A DNA stretch of 64,000 bases from Eledone cirrhosa (taxonomy: Eukaryota), in assembly GCA_964016885.1 (NCBI GenBank), contig OZ024742.1, positions 249,054,001-249,118,000 of the forward strand, given 5' to 3'. The notes under the pieces were generated by a model that ran no database searches, was not told the DNA's origin, and saw only the letters and a list, made by a program, of their open reading frames with translations. The position numbers and the translations under genes were made by a program. This document shows, piece after piece, positions 47,676-61,682 of this stretch. Every line of letters starts with the position of its first letter. Position 1 is the first letter of the stretch.

Positions 47676-50600
47676 ATTAATTTATTGTACGCAGAGAGTT
47701 CGAAAACCATATTTAAATTATTCGGGTTTTTCTTGTTACATGTTCCATTTTAAGATATATTTTAATCTGTCCCTAAGTATCTGTAGCACATCTCGTCAGA
47801 TACCGTTAAAACAGTCAGGTCATTGATAGAAATAATCCTAGATTAGCTTGTAGTTTTCCATCGCTTTACAAGCATATAAAGATTCTTTCTGGTCAAACTG
47901 CATTGCTATATCATTCGAGAACGGCATAAACAAATCAATTGGCATAAAGTTTCAGGTCAGCCACGAAGAAGCTATATATTACGTTTGTGTTCCTAGCCTT
48001 GTGTGAACCAATTACTTATATTTCATATTTCCTCACCATTAAAACAGGGGGTTTACTGACAGTATAAATTGCATCAAAGTGTGACTGAATTTTAAAAATA
48101 TATCCCTGTGATCCTCTACTCTAAATTATCAGTGATAATATAGATCGATTTCTCAGTATTTAACTTCAAGATAGTGGCCCAGAAAATGATTGTTTCTCCA
48201 TGGCTTCGATTATGGTATCTGTAATTTTAGCGAGTCTAGCGGCCACTAACATTCAAAAATGAGGAATAGAATCGAATGCTTCCCTGTAAACCAGTTCCTC
48301 CTGTTCGATGGATCTCTGACATCGTGGTTTTGTTATTTGGGAGTTGCTCAACACTCACACACGTACTAAGGTTTTTTTTTTAAATTGGGAGTTGCTCAAC
48401 ACATGCTAAGCTTCTTTTTTCTTCCCAGCTGCTTGATCATCTTTGAAGATATTATTGTCACTGTGATCCTGGGAAATAGGTTCAGACAAGATGTATACAT
48501 TTTATACATTAAGTTCTAGCATACGATAGATCGGTGTATTTTTGCGAAGTGGGTCATTTTGTTTCGAAAGATCAATCTTTCTTCTGTTAATGTCAACTAG
48601 ATTCGTATATGAGAGCTTATTAGTAGAATTTGATTTGATAAATCCGATAGAAAGTCAATTTTGATTTTTACAAGTAGCCGAATATCATGTCTCTTACTGG
48701 TGCTTTGTCATCTTGAAGATTTCCTTTTACAGTCTCAAGTATATTATCATTAATTGTTTCTACTTTTGGCACAAGGCCAGCAATTATCCAGTACGTTACT
48801 GGTACTTTAATGCTGTATGTTTTTGGTGTAATGCAGAGGCAATTGTTCGTTCGTATCTCTTTCAACCACACTGCGTTTTGGTTGAACTTCTTTTCCTCAT
48901 CTCAAATTTTTCTCCCGATTGCATCTTTCTTTCTGAGCCGGAATCTAAGTGATATTTAATGAGATGCCTCTCATATCTCTATAGACTGATGTTTGCTTTA
49001 GACTGAAACTTTTCTTAATCATTTTTGTTTCAGCCATTCTCTTTTGATATCGGAGTGTCTCACAGACAGCACTTAATTCTTGTTTGAGTGTGGATCAACT
49101 TGTATTGAAGAGTTCGGCTTGTACTTTATTCAACTACATTTCTATTTTATTTTCCAATCTGAGTTGGTAAGGCGTGTAGTTCTTTTGTTTATATTTACAT
49201 GTGATAAGCATTGTCTAATGCCCGATAGATTTTGATAGGTTAGCGATCGATTTACCTATTTTTGACATATACGGTGATACGTTTTGTATTGTTTTGTTTC
49301 TATTAAATTCTTTATTATGACTAAGCTAAAGCTGTCGTTGCTAGTTCATATAGGCAGACATAAATTTGCCAAATTTTAAGGGCATTAATTTGTCGTAAAT
49401 ATACTCCGTCGATTTCGTTGATTGCACACAGAATTTCTTTATTGGGGTTCTTATTTAATATTATCGTTTTATGCATTTTTCGAGAGAAAGTTTTATACAT
49501 AAATTAATCTCATTTTGGAAACTTTCTCTAAATAAACATTTTAATTGTTTGCACTCTTCACATTCCCATCTAGTAGAAGACCTATTATCATTGACGGTAT
49601 TTGGATGTTGATGGTCAACGTGACTGCGAGATATAGCAGGCGAGGTAGTCTTTTGTGGCACTTGGTGTCAATTTTGTTGTCGGTTTGGCTGTTTCAAGAG
49701 ACTGTTTGTTTAATGCTGTTGTTTGTTGATGATGATCGGGCTGGCTTCGAGAAAACCTTATAGCATGGTAGCCTGTTGTGACACTTGTTGATTGCATGTC
49801 TGTGCTAGGAGAATGCTCACTAAATGCTGTCATTTGTTAACATTTCACAATTTCATTGTTTTGAATAAGTCCCATGTTATTTTTACGCTCAACAAGCGTT
49901 GCTTGATGGCATGCCTGGGTGAAACCGTCACAGTGTAGCTTCTTTCTGCTAACAGAAAGATCTTTTTCGGCTATCGTTTGAATAGGTTGTTATTAATTTC
50001 ATAACTCCAAGAAAAATGCGATTTATAGATTCAGTTCTTTTTGTAACTCCAACTCAAATGTTTCTGTTTAACTTTCTCGTTAGTGTTTTTCTTCGATTCT
50101 TCACTAGTGTTGTTGATGTTAATGTTCATGTTGACGTGTCTAGCCATGGTGTTTGTAGCAAATCCTTGTAAAAAGTGAATTCAACGTTTAGATGGATATC
50201 TCTACGATTTCGGATAAAAGGTGTCTTTAATGAATATTATGAGAACAATATCCAGTTATTTAACAATGCTGGTTATTGTGACATTACTGTTGGAGATAGT
50301 ATTCATATTAAATTGAATGAATACTCCCACTGTACACCATATGTTAGACTTCTCAGGTCAAGTATGTATGTATGTATGTAAGTAAGTATGTATGACTCAT
50401 AAGAGTCAAGAGCCATCCAAAAGTGTGTAAATATGTATATATACATGTACATGGGTGCATGTGTCTGTATATGCGCGAGGACATAGAAAGGGTCGGGCTG
50501 GACACCCGATCGGGCGGTTAAACCACTGAGAGTAAAGGACCCCTAGCCTTTGTCAGGGCATTCTTCTAGGAGAAGGCATCTCAGGAAACTGGTATAACTC

Positions 50601-51289
50601 CGATATAAAACCTGCGGCTCAGTGGTTAGCGATGTTATTGATCTTTTCTTCTTTTCGGGTTATAGCTATTGTCGCTGAGAGAGTGGGATTGGCTAAGTGC
50701 ACAGTCTTTCCTCATTTAAAAAAATATCTTCACGCACAGGTTTTGCACGATAGAATTAATTATTAATTATTAATAATGGTATATCGTTGAATGGCCATAC
50801 TCGATAACGAAGGAGCAGCCATCATGTTTGTCTGTATGTATGTATGTATGTCATCTCTCCCGATGACTTTGGATGGCCATTGACTCTTAAGAGTTCCTTT
50901 GCCCTTTGACAGGTTTTGCTTTTATTCCTGCAGGATGTCCAAAGTCACCCTCCTCACCAAGAGAGTGGGACTGGCTTTGTGCAGTGCCTTTGCTCACTAT
51001 AAAAGCTTCACGGCACAGGCATTGCTTTATATCTGGAGATCTCTCTGCACTTGTCATCACATGGTACCATGGGCCCAGCACTATGTGTCAATAATTGTCA
51101 CAAGTGTAGTGTTTGTACCAGAGTTTTCAAGTTGCTGGCTGGACTAAAAAGTCACACTTGTTCAGCGCATCGGTAGGGTTTCTCCTACATGGATATAAAG
51201 TAGTGACCGTACTCGAAAACAAGTTGGCAGCCACAATGTATGTACGTATGTACGTGTTTGTGTACGTATGTATGTACATGTGTGTATTC

Positions 51290-51332
<43 letters not shown>

Positions 51333-52038
51333 TGATTTTCGTCTTTTCGAGGTCGATAAAAAATATCAAACCAGTACTGGGATCGGATGTTACTCCTGAT
51401 CACTTTCTCGCTCTCTCTTTCTTTCTCAGGAAGAAATCGGCTCTTCTGACATGGAGATGAATGGATATATGTCTTTCTCACTTCTTCAGTATCAATCTTT
51501 CTCTCACACCGCTGAAGAATTGGATGGTGTTCACACCTGGAGAGGTTATAGGCCTGCCAGGTTTCAGAAAAGGATGCAAAAAAAAAACGTCGTATGTCAC
51601 TAAGTAGCGCTTTAGCCCCTACGATCCCAGGAGGAGTTACTCATACATACACACACACACACACACAGAGACACACACACACACACACATAGACACACAC
51701 ACACACACACGCACACACAAATATATATATATATATATATGTGTGTGCGTGTGTATGTGTGTGTGTGTGTGTGTGTGTGTCTATGTGAGTGTCTGTGTAT
51801 ATATGTGTGTGTGTATGTGTGTGTCTGTGCCTGTGTGTTTGTGTTTGTGTATGTGTGTATATGTATGCGTGTGTGTGTCTGTGTGTTGAGGATCCTTGTA
51901 TATTTTTGGTATATATACACAGCATGGCCTCAGCCTGTCGACAAGAATACGTAATTGTGTAATAGAATAATAGAGTAGGCTCATGTATGTATGTATATAT
52001 ATTTATATATAGGCTCTGCTAAGGGTCCCGAATCTTTT

Positions 52039-52092
<54 letters not shown>

Positions 52093-52159
52093 AGTTTCAG
52101 AAGATCCCGTTAAGTGTGAAAGCAGCGATTCTTTACTTAAACTTTAATCTGTTATTTTA

Positions 52160-52297
<138 letters not shown>

Positions 52298-52320
52298 AGA
52301 CGGAGAGATAGAAAGAGCGA

Positions 52321-52383
<63 letters not shown>

Positions 52384-52779
52384 ACAAAGAGGGCGAGCTG
52401 TTCTGCTAGTGAACGCGTCGCAGCATGCGAATACAGATACGGCCACCAGATATGATGGTTTTGATGTAAGCGGGTCACTGCCGGACTAATAATCAGCCTC
52501 GGACCAAAAGCAGTAAGCCACCAGTGGAAATGGAGCAATGGATGACACCTGTAGCTGCCAAGAAAGCTCTCACAACCCAGTGGTGTAGCTAAGACGAGGC
52601 GAGTAATGGTGGCCTCTAAAAGCATAGTCTTCGCAGGTTTGAGAATGTACCGAATTGGTGATTGGTGCGAATAAAGTCACCAAAACTGCAATATGGGGAA
52701 AGGTAAGAAAAAGAATCATACCGCATCCTCTTTCACGTGGGTTAGCAAGGAACACTTTTAGGCCTTAGATAGAGGGCCT

Positions 52780-53935
52780 GTTTGAAAGATATTGCAATCT
52801 AAATTTCATGTCGTAAAAACTGGTGAGGGGGCTGCAAACTTCCTTGGAGACAAAGATTGCGTATCCCGAGAATTCAAAGAGAGTTCGGAAGGCAGCTAAC
52901 CTTGACAATTGGAACCTGGAACATCACAACCCTTTCAGGTAAGTAGCAGGAAGTAGTTGAAAAGCCTCGATGCTACCGGATAGATAAAGTCAGCGTTGCC
53001 CCAACAAAGATCTGTGGTTCTGGTACTGTAGATTTGGATGGGGAATGGAAACTCTACTATTTGGGTGTGGCCCCAGAAATGACTCCACAGGTTGGAGTGT
53101 GAATACTCACAAGCCCCCGACTGTCAGAATGTGTTATGGACTGGATACGATTTGGAGGGAGCATTTGGCTCTTGATGCTTAGGTTGAAAGATAAGTCTCT
53201 CTGAGAGCAGCACGTTTATATACCAAACAAAGCGTCCGAATACAGATCGTTCTTTGATGGAGTCACTGAAGCGTTAGATGTAGATATGACTGAGTCATAT
53301 ATCCTAAAGGGAGACTTCAATGAATATGATGGCACTGAACACCTGATATGGAAGGGAGTGATTGCAAGGAAAGGCGGTCGATCCGATCTAAAAATAAATG
53401 GAGACACCTTATTAGACTTCTGTTCTAGCAATGGACTCTTATTATGAACAACTTCTTCCAGCACAAAGACATTCATAAATATACATGGTATAAGAGGAAT
53501 CAGGGACAGAGATCAATAATTGATTTTGTTATAGTCTCTGATCTCTTCGATTCTGTGCAGAATGTTCGTGTTAAGAAGGGGGATGAGCTGTCAACTGATC
53601 ACAAGGCTTTTGTTGCTCTGCTGTCGCTATAGAATACCCGGGTATTTGTGTTCGGATAAATGGTGCTAAATCGAAACCCTTCAATATGGGAGTCGGACGC
53701 CAAGGAAGCGTACTGTCACCTTTCCTGTTCATTATTGTCTGGAACATGATTGACATGGGCAGCCGGGTACGAAGTAGTATCACGACCAGTCCGCTGGGAT
53801 TTGCAGTCGACATGATATTACTTAACTCGACAGAAAGTGATCTGCGACTTGTATTTGATAGGTTTGATGCCGTATGTTGCATGGCTGGAATGAGAATTAT
53901 TGCTGTGAAAACGGAATATAGTTCAAGGACTCTGC
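52780..53935 (+). mobile_element. Internally deleted RTE LINE (APE endonuclease joined to mid-RT)
   Basis: IGTWNITTL, KGDFN, NNFFQHKDIHKYTW, SIIDF, STDH, then RQGSVLSPFLF..FAVDM. Confidence 0.85.
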
Positions 53936-54085
53936 CGCAAGAATAATTTGGCGGAGAAGAAAAGAGGAGGTAGAGGGAGAGGGACAAATATAAAATGAAT
54001 TAGATAGTGAGAAAGAAATACTGAGAGAGACACTGAGATACTGCCTAAAAGAGTGATAGTGATATATGGGACATAGATAAATAGT

Positions 54086-54117
<32 letters not shown>

Positions 54118-54219
54118 AGTGTGTGCATACACATATATATATATATATATATGTGTGTGTGTATATATATATAGATAAAGAGAGAGAAAGAAAGAGAAAG
54201 GCAGAGAGAGAGAGATAGG

Positions 54220-54271
<52 letters not shown>

Positions 54272-54589
54272 GAGATAGAGAGATAGATGCAAAGAGCAGC
54301 AGAGACGAAAATGAGACCAGAGAGAGACGCCAATTAGGAGAATGAGTGGGAGAGCAAGAGTGAGAGGGAGATATGTTTCTTTATTTGCGACAAGGGGAGA
54401 TAATGAGAATGAGTGATTAGTAGATAGTCTGAAAGATATAGAGAATATGAAGGAGGGTGGGCAGTAGATGTGGATATGATTTATTTCTATTGAGACAGTA
54501 GGAGTAGTGTGGTTGTAATGAGAGTAGGAATGGGAGAGAGGAAGTTTGAGTAGGAGAGTGAATGTCAAAGTGGGACGGTAAAAATCAAT

Positions 54590-55095
54590 GAGTGTCATGA
54601 GAGTGACACAAGATAGAGAGGGGGAGAGAGAAAGTGAGGGGGAGAACGAGACAGAAAGAAAGAGAGGGGAAAAAAAGAGAGATGAGGGAGAGAGAGAGAC
54701 GGAGTGAAAGAGAGAAATAGAGAGAGAGGGGGTGAGAGAAATGGGGAGAAAGAGAAAGAGAGAAAGTGGGGGAGAAAGAGAGAGAGAAAGAGAGTGGAGG
54801 GTGCGGGAGTAGAAAGAGAGAGAGAAAGAGAGGGGGAGAAAGAGAGAGAAAGAGGGGAGAGAGAAAGAGAGGGGGAGAAAGAGAGAGAGAAAGAGAGGGG
54901 GGAGAAAGCGAGAGAGAAAGAGAGGGGGGAGAAAGAGAGAGAAAAAGAGAGGGGGGAGAAAGAGAGAGACGAGGGAGACTGTCATGGAGTGAGAAAGAGA
55001 GGGGGAGAAAAAGAGAGATGAGGGAGAGTGTCATGGACTAAGATAGAGAGGGAGACTGAGAAAGACAGATAGAGAGAGAGAGATGGAGAGAGAGC
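54590..55095. repeat. Polypurine (GA-rich) degenerate tandem repeat
   Basis: Recurrent agagagaaagagaggggg units. Confidence 0.85.
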
Positions 55096-55374
55096 ACGAA
55101 AAACGACTTACAAGGAAGGCAAACGCAAACACGAAATATATAAAGATATAAAGAGGTAACCAAGACAGAGAGAATGGAAGAGGGTAGTTTATATATATTA
55201 TTGCCACAGGGGGAGGGTGGTTAGTTGATATAAATATGGCTATTACAGCGTGAGGGGTGTGGTGGGGGGTCTTTTATATAAGTGTTGCTCTTCCAGCGAC
55301 ACCAGTTACAGAATTGCCAAGCAAAGTAGTCAGTTAATGTGGACAGCAAGCAGCAGCTTGATAGCCTGTTGAAG

Positions 55375-56250
55375 TGGTGTTTGTTGTTGTTGGTGGTGTT
55401 GGTGGTAGTAGTGGTGGGAGTGGTGCTGTGAGTGGTGGTGGTGGTTGTAATGGTGTAAGGGGGGGGGGCGTGGTCGTGGATGGTATCGTAGTGGCAGTGG
55501 GTGGTTGTTGTTGGTGTTGGTGGTAGGTAGTAGGTGTGACGGTGGTGGTAGTAGTGGTATGAGTGGCGGTGGTGGTGTTAGTGGTGTGAGTGGTGAGTGG
55601 TGGTAGTGTGAGTGGTGGTGTGAGTGGTGGTGGTGGTGGTGGTGGTAGTTATTGGTGTTGGTGATAGGTGTGATGGTGATGGTAGTAGTGTTGGTGTGAG
55701 TGTTGGTGTGAGTGTTGGTGTGAGTGGTGGTGTGAGGAGTGGTGGTGGTGGTGTTGTGAGTGTTGTTGGTGTTGGTGGTAGGTGTGATGGTGGTGGTGGT
55801 GTGAGTGGTGATAGTGGTGGTGGTTGGTGTTGGTGGTAGGTGGTAGTAGGTGTGATGGTGGTGGTAGTGGTGGTGTTGTGAGAGTTGGTGTAGTGGTGGT
55901 GTGAGTGGTGGTGGTAGTGGTGGTGGTAATGGTGGTGGTTGCTGGTTTGGGGAGTAGGTCGTGATGGTAGTGGTGGTGCTGTGAGTGTTGGTGGAGTGGT
56001 GGTGTGAGTGGTGGAGGTAGTGGTGGTGGTTGTTGGTGTTGGTGGTAGTAGGTGTGATGGTGGAGGTAGTGGTGGTGCTGTGAGTGTTGGTGGAGTGGTG
56101 GTGTGGGTGGTGGTGGCAGTGGTGATGGTTGTGGTATTGGAGTTGGTGTGACGGTAGTTCTGGTGGTGGCGGTGAGGTGAGTGGTGGTAGTGGTCGTCGT
56201 GGTCTTGGTATGGTAGTAGCGGTGGGTGGTAAATGTGATGGTGGGGGTGA
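55375..56250. repeat. (GGT)n-like low-complexity region
   Basis: Direct reading. Confidence 0.9.
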
Positions 56251-56251
56251 T

Positions 56252-59200
56252 GGTGGTGGTGGTCGTCGTGGTCATGGTATGGTAGTGGCAGTCGGTGGTT
56301 GTATGGGTGTTGTATGGGTGGTAGTAGTGGTGTGAGGTGTGGTGGTGGTCGTCGTGGTCATGGTATGGTAGTGGCAGTCGGTGGTTGTAAGGGTGTTGTA
56401 TGGGTGGTAGTAGTGGTGTGAGGTGTGGTGGTGGTCGTCGTGGTCATGGTATGGTAGTGGCAGTCGGTGGTTGTATGGGTGTTGTATGGGTGGTAGTAGT
56501 GGTATGACTGGTGGTGGTGGTCGTCGTGGTCATGGTATGGTAGTGGCAGTCGGTGGTTGTATGGGTGTTGTATGGGTGGTAGTAGTGGTGTGACTGGTGG
56601 TGGTGGTCGTCGTGGTCATGGTATGGTAGTGGCAGTCGGTGGTTGTATGGGTGTTGTATGGGTGGTAGTAGTGGTGTGACTGGTGGTGGTGGTCGTCGTG
56701 GTCATGGTATGGTAGTGGCAGTCGGTGGTTGTATGGGTGTTGTATGGGTGGTAGTAGTGGTGTGACTGGTGGTGGTGGTCGTCGTGGTCATGGTATGGTA
56801 GTGGCAGTCGGTGGTTGTATGGGTGTTGTGTGGGTGGTAGTAGTGGTATGACTAGTGGTGATGGTCGTCGTAGTCATGGTATGGTAGTGGCAGTCGGTGG
56901 TTGTAGGGGTGTTGTATGGGTGGTAGTAGTGGTGTGAGGTGTGGTGGTGGTCGTCGTGGTCATGGTATGGTAGTGGCAGTCGGTGGTTGTAGGGGTGTTG
57001 TATGGGTGGTAGTAGTGGTGTGACTGGTGGTGGTGGTCGTCGTAGTCATGGTATGGTAGTGGCAGTCGGTGGTTGTAGGGGTGTTGTATGGGTGGTAGTA
57101 GTGGTGTGAGGTGTGGTGGTGGTCGTCGTGGTCATGGTATGGTAGTGGCAGTCGGTGGTAGTATGGGTGTTGTGTGGGTGGTAGTAGTGGTATGACTGGT
57201 GGTGGTGGTCGTCGTGGTCATGGTATGGTAGTGGCAGTCGGTGGTTGTATGGGTGTTGTATGGGTGGTAGTAGTGGTGTGAGGTGTGGTGGTGGTCATCG
57301 TGGTCATGGTATGGTAGTGGCAGTCGGTGGTTGTATGGGTGTTGTGTGGGTGGTAGTAGTGGTGTGAGTGGTGGTGGTGGTCGTCGTGGTCATGGTATGG
57401 TAGTGGCAGTCGGTGGTTGTAGGGGTGTTGTATGGGTGGTAGTAGTGGTGTGACTGGTGGTGGTGGTCGTCGTGGTCATGGTATGGTAGTGGCAGTCGGT
57501 GGTTGTATGGGTGTTGTATGGGTGGTAGTAGTGGTGTGACTGGTGGTGGTGGTCGTGGTGGTCATGGTATGGTAGTGGCAGTCGGTGGTTGTATGGGTGT
57601 TGTATGGGTGGTAGTAGTGGTGTGACTGGTGGTGGTGGTCGTGGTGGTCATGGTATGGTAGTGGCAGTCGGTGGATGTAGGGGTGTTGTATGGGTGGTAG
57701 TAGTGGTGTGAGGTGTGGTGGTGGTCGTCGTGGTCATGGTATGGTAGTGGCAGTCGGTGGTTGTATGGGTGTTGTATGGGTGGTAGTAGTGGTGTGTGGT
57801 GTGGTGGTGGTCGTCGTGGTCATGGTATGGTAGTGGCAGTCGGTGGTTGTATGGGTGTTGTATGGGTGGTAGTAGTGGTGTGACTGGTGGTGGTGGTGGT
57901 GGTGTCGCCTGGTCAAGGTATGGTAGTGGCAGTCGGTGGTTGTATGGGTGTTGTATGGGTGGTAGTAGTGGTGTGAGGTGTGGTGGTGGTCGTCGTGGTC
58001 ATGGTATGGTAGTGGCAGTCGGTGGTTGTATGGGTGTTGTATGGGTGGTAGTAGTGGTGTGAGTGGTGGTGGTGGTCGTCGTGGTCATGGTATGGTAGTG
58101 GCAGTCGGTGGTTGTAGGGGTGTTGTATGGGTGGTAGTAGTGGTGTGAGGTGTGGTGGTGGTCGTCGTGGTCATGGTATGGTAGTGGCAGTCGGTGGTTG
58201 TATGGGTGTTGTATGGGTGGTAGTAGTGGTGTGAGGTGTGGTGGTGGTTGTCGTGGTCATGGTATGGTAGTGGCAGTCGGTGGTTGTATGGGTGTTGTAT
58301 GGGTGGTAGTAGTGGTGTGAGGTGTGGTGGTGGTCGTCGTGGTCATGGTATGGTAGTGGCAGTCGGTGGTTGTATGGGTGTTGTATGGGTGGTAGTAGTG
58401 GTGTGAGGTGTGGTGGTGGTCGTCGTGGTCATGGTATGGTAGTGGCAGTCGGTGGTTGTATGGGTGTTGTATGGGTGGTAGTAGTGGTGTGAGGTGTGGT
58501 GGTGGTTGTCGTGGTCATGGTATGGTAGTGGCAGTCGGTGGTTGTATGGGTGTTGTATGGGTGGTAGTAGTGGTGTGAGGTGTGGTGGTGGTCGTCGTGG
58601 TCATGGTATGGTAGTGGCAGTCGGTGGTTGTATGGGTGTTGTATGGGTGGTAGTAGTGGTGTGAGGTGTGGTGGTGGTCGTCGTGGTCATGGTATGGTAG
58701 TGGCAGTCGGTGGTTGTAGGGGTGTTGTATGGGTGGTAGTAGTGGTGTGAGGTGTGGTGGTGGTCGTCGTGGTCATGGTATGGTAGTGGCAGTCGGTGGT
58801 TGTATGGGTGTTGTATGGGTGGTAGTAGTGGTGTGACTGGTGGTGGTGGTCGTCGTGGTCATGGTATGGTAGTGGCAGTCGGTGGTTGTATGGGTGTTGT
58901 ATGGGTGGTAGTAGTGGTGTGAGGTGTGGTGGTGGTTGTCGTGGTCATGGTATGGTAGTGGCAGTCGGTGGTTGTATGGGTGTTGTATGGGTGGTAGTAG
59001 TGGTTCGAGGTGTGGTGGTGGTCGTCGTGGTCATGGTATGGTAGTGGCAGTCGGTGGTTGTATGGGTTTTGTATGGGTGGTAGTAGTGGTGTGAGGTGTG
59101 GTGGTGGTCGTCGTGGTCATGGTATGGTAGTGGCAGTCGGTGGTTGTAGGGGTGTTGTATGGGTGGTAGTAGTGGTGTGAGGTGTGGTGGTGGTCGTCGT

Positions 59201-59660
59201 GGTCATGGTATGGTAGTGGCAGTCGGTGGTTGTATGGGTGTTGTATGGGTGGTAGTAGTGGTGTGACTGGTGGTGGTGGTCGTCGTGGTCATGGTATGGT
59301 AGTGGCAGTCGGTGGTTGTATGGGTGTTGTATGGGTGGTAGTAGTGGTGTGAGGTGTGGTGGTGGTCGTCGTGGTCATGGTATGGTAGTGGCAGTCGGTG
59401 GTTGTAGGGGTGTTGTATGGGTGGTAGTAGTGGTGTGAGGTGTGGTGGTGGTCGTCGTGGTCATGGTATGGTAGTGGCAGTCGGTGGTTGTAGGGGTGTT
59501 GTATGGGTGGTAGTAGTGGTGTGAGGTGTGGTGGTGGTCGTCGTGGTCATGGTATGGTAGTGGCAGTCGGTGGTTGTAGGGGTGTTGTATGGGTGGTAGT
59601 AGTGGTGTGAGTGGTGGTGGTGGTCGTCGTGGTCATGGTATGGTAGTGGCAGTCGGTTGT
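56252..59660. repeat. Minisatellite, 86-bp unit, about 40 copies
   Basis: ggtcgtcgtggtcatgg recurs at 56261, 56347, 56433 and onward. Confidence 0.95.
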
Positions 59661-59661
59661 T

Positions 59662-61000
59662 GTACTCAACCATAATTACAGAAAAATCTTCAATAAGAAC
59701 AATGTTAAAATATCCTTCTCCACTACACCTAATCTAGCAGACATCATAGGGATAACTAATTACAGTAAACTCACCAAAACACGGCACCATAACAGCGATA
59801 GGTCTAGACATGACAGCAACTCTAATAACCTTTACGTTTCCCTAGCAGCACCCGATAATAGTGGTGAGACTGGGGAGCATACTGGCGACCAGTACGGGTC
59901 GCAAGGCGGCAACAGAAGGCGCTGTGGCGCGCGGAGTGATAATTGTACTACCCCGCGCGCCATTGGATATAATAGTACTAACTACGGAGATGGCGGCGAT
60001 GGTGTGGATAATAACGTAGGTAGTGATAGTAATTTTCTTTCTTCGGGCACTAGGAGCCACTGCAGCGGCAACGACCGTGGCCGATACAGCAACTGTCGTG
60101 ACCCGAGAAGCTGTCCGCTCAGGGGAAGTTGTCTGACAGACAATGTTATTTATAGGTGCACTGTAACTAGCCATAATAGAGTCAAACATTATATAGGGGC
60201 CACCTCTGGCTCGTTCAAAACTAGATTTCGAACACATCTTCACTCTTTTAGAAACAGGAAGCTAAGGTACTCCACATCACTCGCCAACTACATCACAAAA
60301 TTGAACGACTCCAACTCAGCGTCTCCACATACTGGGAAATTGTCAGCAGGGCAACACCTTACAACTTCAAGAGGAAGTGCCAACTCTGTCTTATGGAGCT
60401 TTACCATATCGTAAGAGCACCCCTACATCTCATCAATAGCAGAGCAGAATCTGTGATAAACTGCGGACACAGAATACAACAGTCACTCTATGGTTGGACC
60501 CCGGTTGATATCTGAACACCATAAACCGGGTCATCCTGTAAAAAACCATAACACGCCGGAGGGCGGTGTGCATAACTAAACATCTGTACACCAACTATGC
60601 CTATAATAAACACAGTAAATTCTGCGTCTCCCTATCTAGGTGAGCTTATAAGATGAGTGTAATAAGGCTATTATTTCTAGCATACCCACTCACACCACGT
60701 ATAGCTTTCAACCCACGAGATGCATTATTTACTTCCGTGAGTTCTTGTTAGATGTGTTTTGTTTCATTTAATCTTATCTCTCGTTGATGAAATACCTAAC
60801 GATTATCTGTTACAAACACAATTTTCAGGGCGAAACAGATTAAATCTGCAGTCTGTCCGAGAGAAGAAATCGTTATTGATACGTTCTGGATATGAAATTT
60901 TGTATCTTACTGTATGCTTCAGTTTAAATATATAAAACATTTGTGGTATAATCTACCCTCGTAATTTTAGACGCAGAATTTACTGTGTTTATTTCTACAT
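59662..61000 (+). mobile_element. 5'-truncated Penelope-like element (thumb, linker, GIY-YIG and 3' pLTR)
   Basis: KIFNKNNVKISFSTTPNL, NCRDPRSCPLRGSCLTDNVIY..HYIG, FKTRFRTH, CQLC, CGH; frameshift ~60320; stop at 60515. Confidence 0.88.
60777..60864 (+). ncRNA. Type I hammerhead in the PLE pLTR (C3U variant, weak stem II)
   Basis: tctctcg TTGATGA ..gggc GAAA cagatt aaatctgc agtctg TC cgagaga; predicted cut after 60857. Confidence 0.7.
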
Positions 61001-61001
61001 A

Positions 61002-61071
<70 letters not shown>

Positions 61072-61639
61072 TTTATATATAAACGGAAAAAATGAAACGA
61101 AATTTCATTTCCCACTCTTAGTACGGCTGTTACTTAAATATAAGTATGTACACGTACATACAGACATGTATACAGACGTACAGTAGTATGTATATATACA
61201 TACATGCACATATATATATATGTACGTATGGATTCACCGAACATTTATTATAATGCTCGGTGTGTTTGTAAAAAAACATCCCTATTAAGCCGTAGTGTCC
61301 AGCAACCATCGTTGCTCGTTTGTTCAACACTGACAAACACACCGAGCATTATAATAAATGTTCGGTGAATCCATACGTACATATATATATGTGTGTACAT
61401 GTATGTATATATATATACATACTACTGTACGTCTGTATACATATATGTATGTACGTGTACATACTTATATTTAAGTAACTGCCGTACTAAGAGTGGTAAA
61501 TGAAATTTCGTTTCATTTTTTCCGTTTATGGTTTTCGGTGCACCCGGCCGATTAACCCACTCGATATGCAAATTGGGCTACTCAGCCGTTAATATGCATA
61601 AGGTAAGTATATACATTCAACAATCTGGCGGGAAGATAT

Positions 61640-61682
61640 ACGTTGCTGACGATAGCTAATAAGCTTGAAACTAGTACAACGT
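61640..61682 (+). ncRNA. Minimal type I hammerhead ribozyme
   Basis: acgttg CTGACGA t agct aata agct t GAAA ctag TA caacgt; predicted cut after 61676. Confidence 0.88.

Larger units (their letters stand above)
45690..50150 (-). mobile_element. Heavily decayed R4/Dong-clade non-LTR retrotransposon with nested SINEs and microsatellites
   Basis: Minus-strand FILSVNPL, FFVADLKLYA, FSNDIAMQF, YLG (RT); EDVNRILRNCP..HDVVEKTLY (zinc-knuckle region); HNRPDI..CTTVEISC..YAELMRDLQLL (restriction-like endonuclease). Confidence 0.75.

Noticed and set aside
50395-50895. ~30-bp inverted match flanking an RTE-UTR-like fragment
   Set aside because: Short and diverged; probably LINE end fragments next to (GTAT)n
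56252-59660. CRISPR-like periodic array or Gly/Cys/Tyr-rich coding repeat
   Set aside because: No unique spacers; the 86-bp unit shifts frame and contains stops; eukaryotic context
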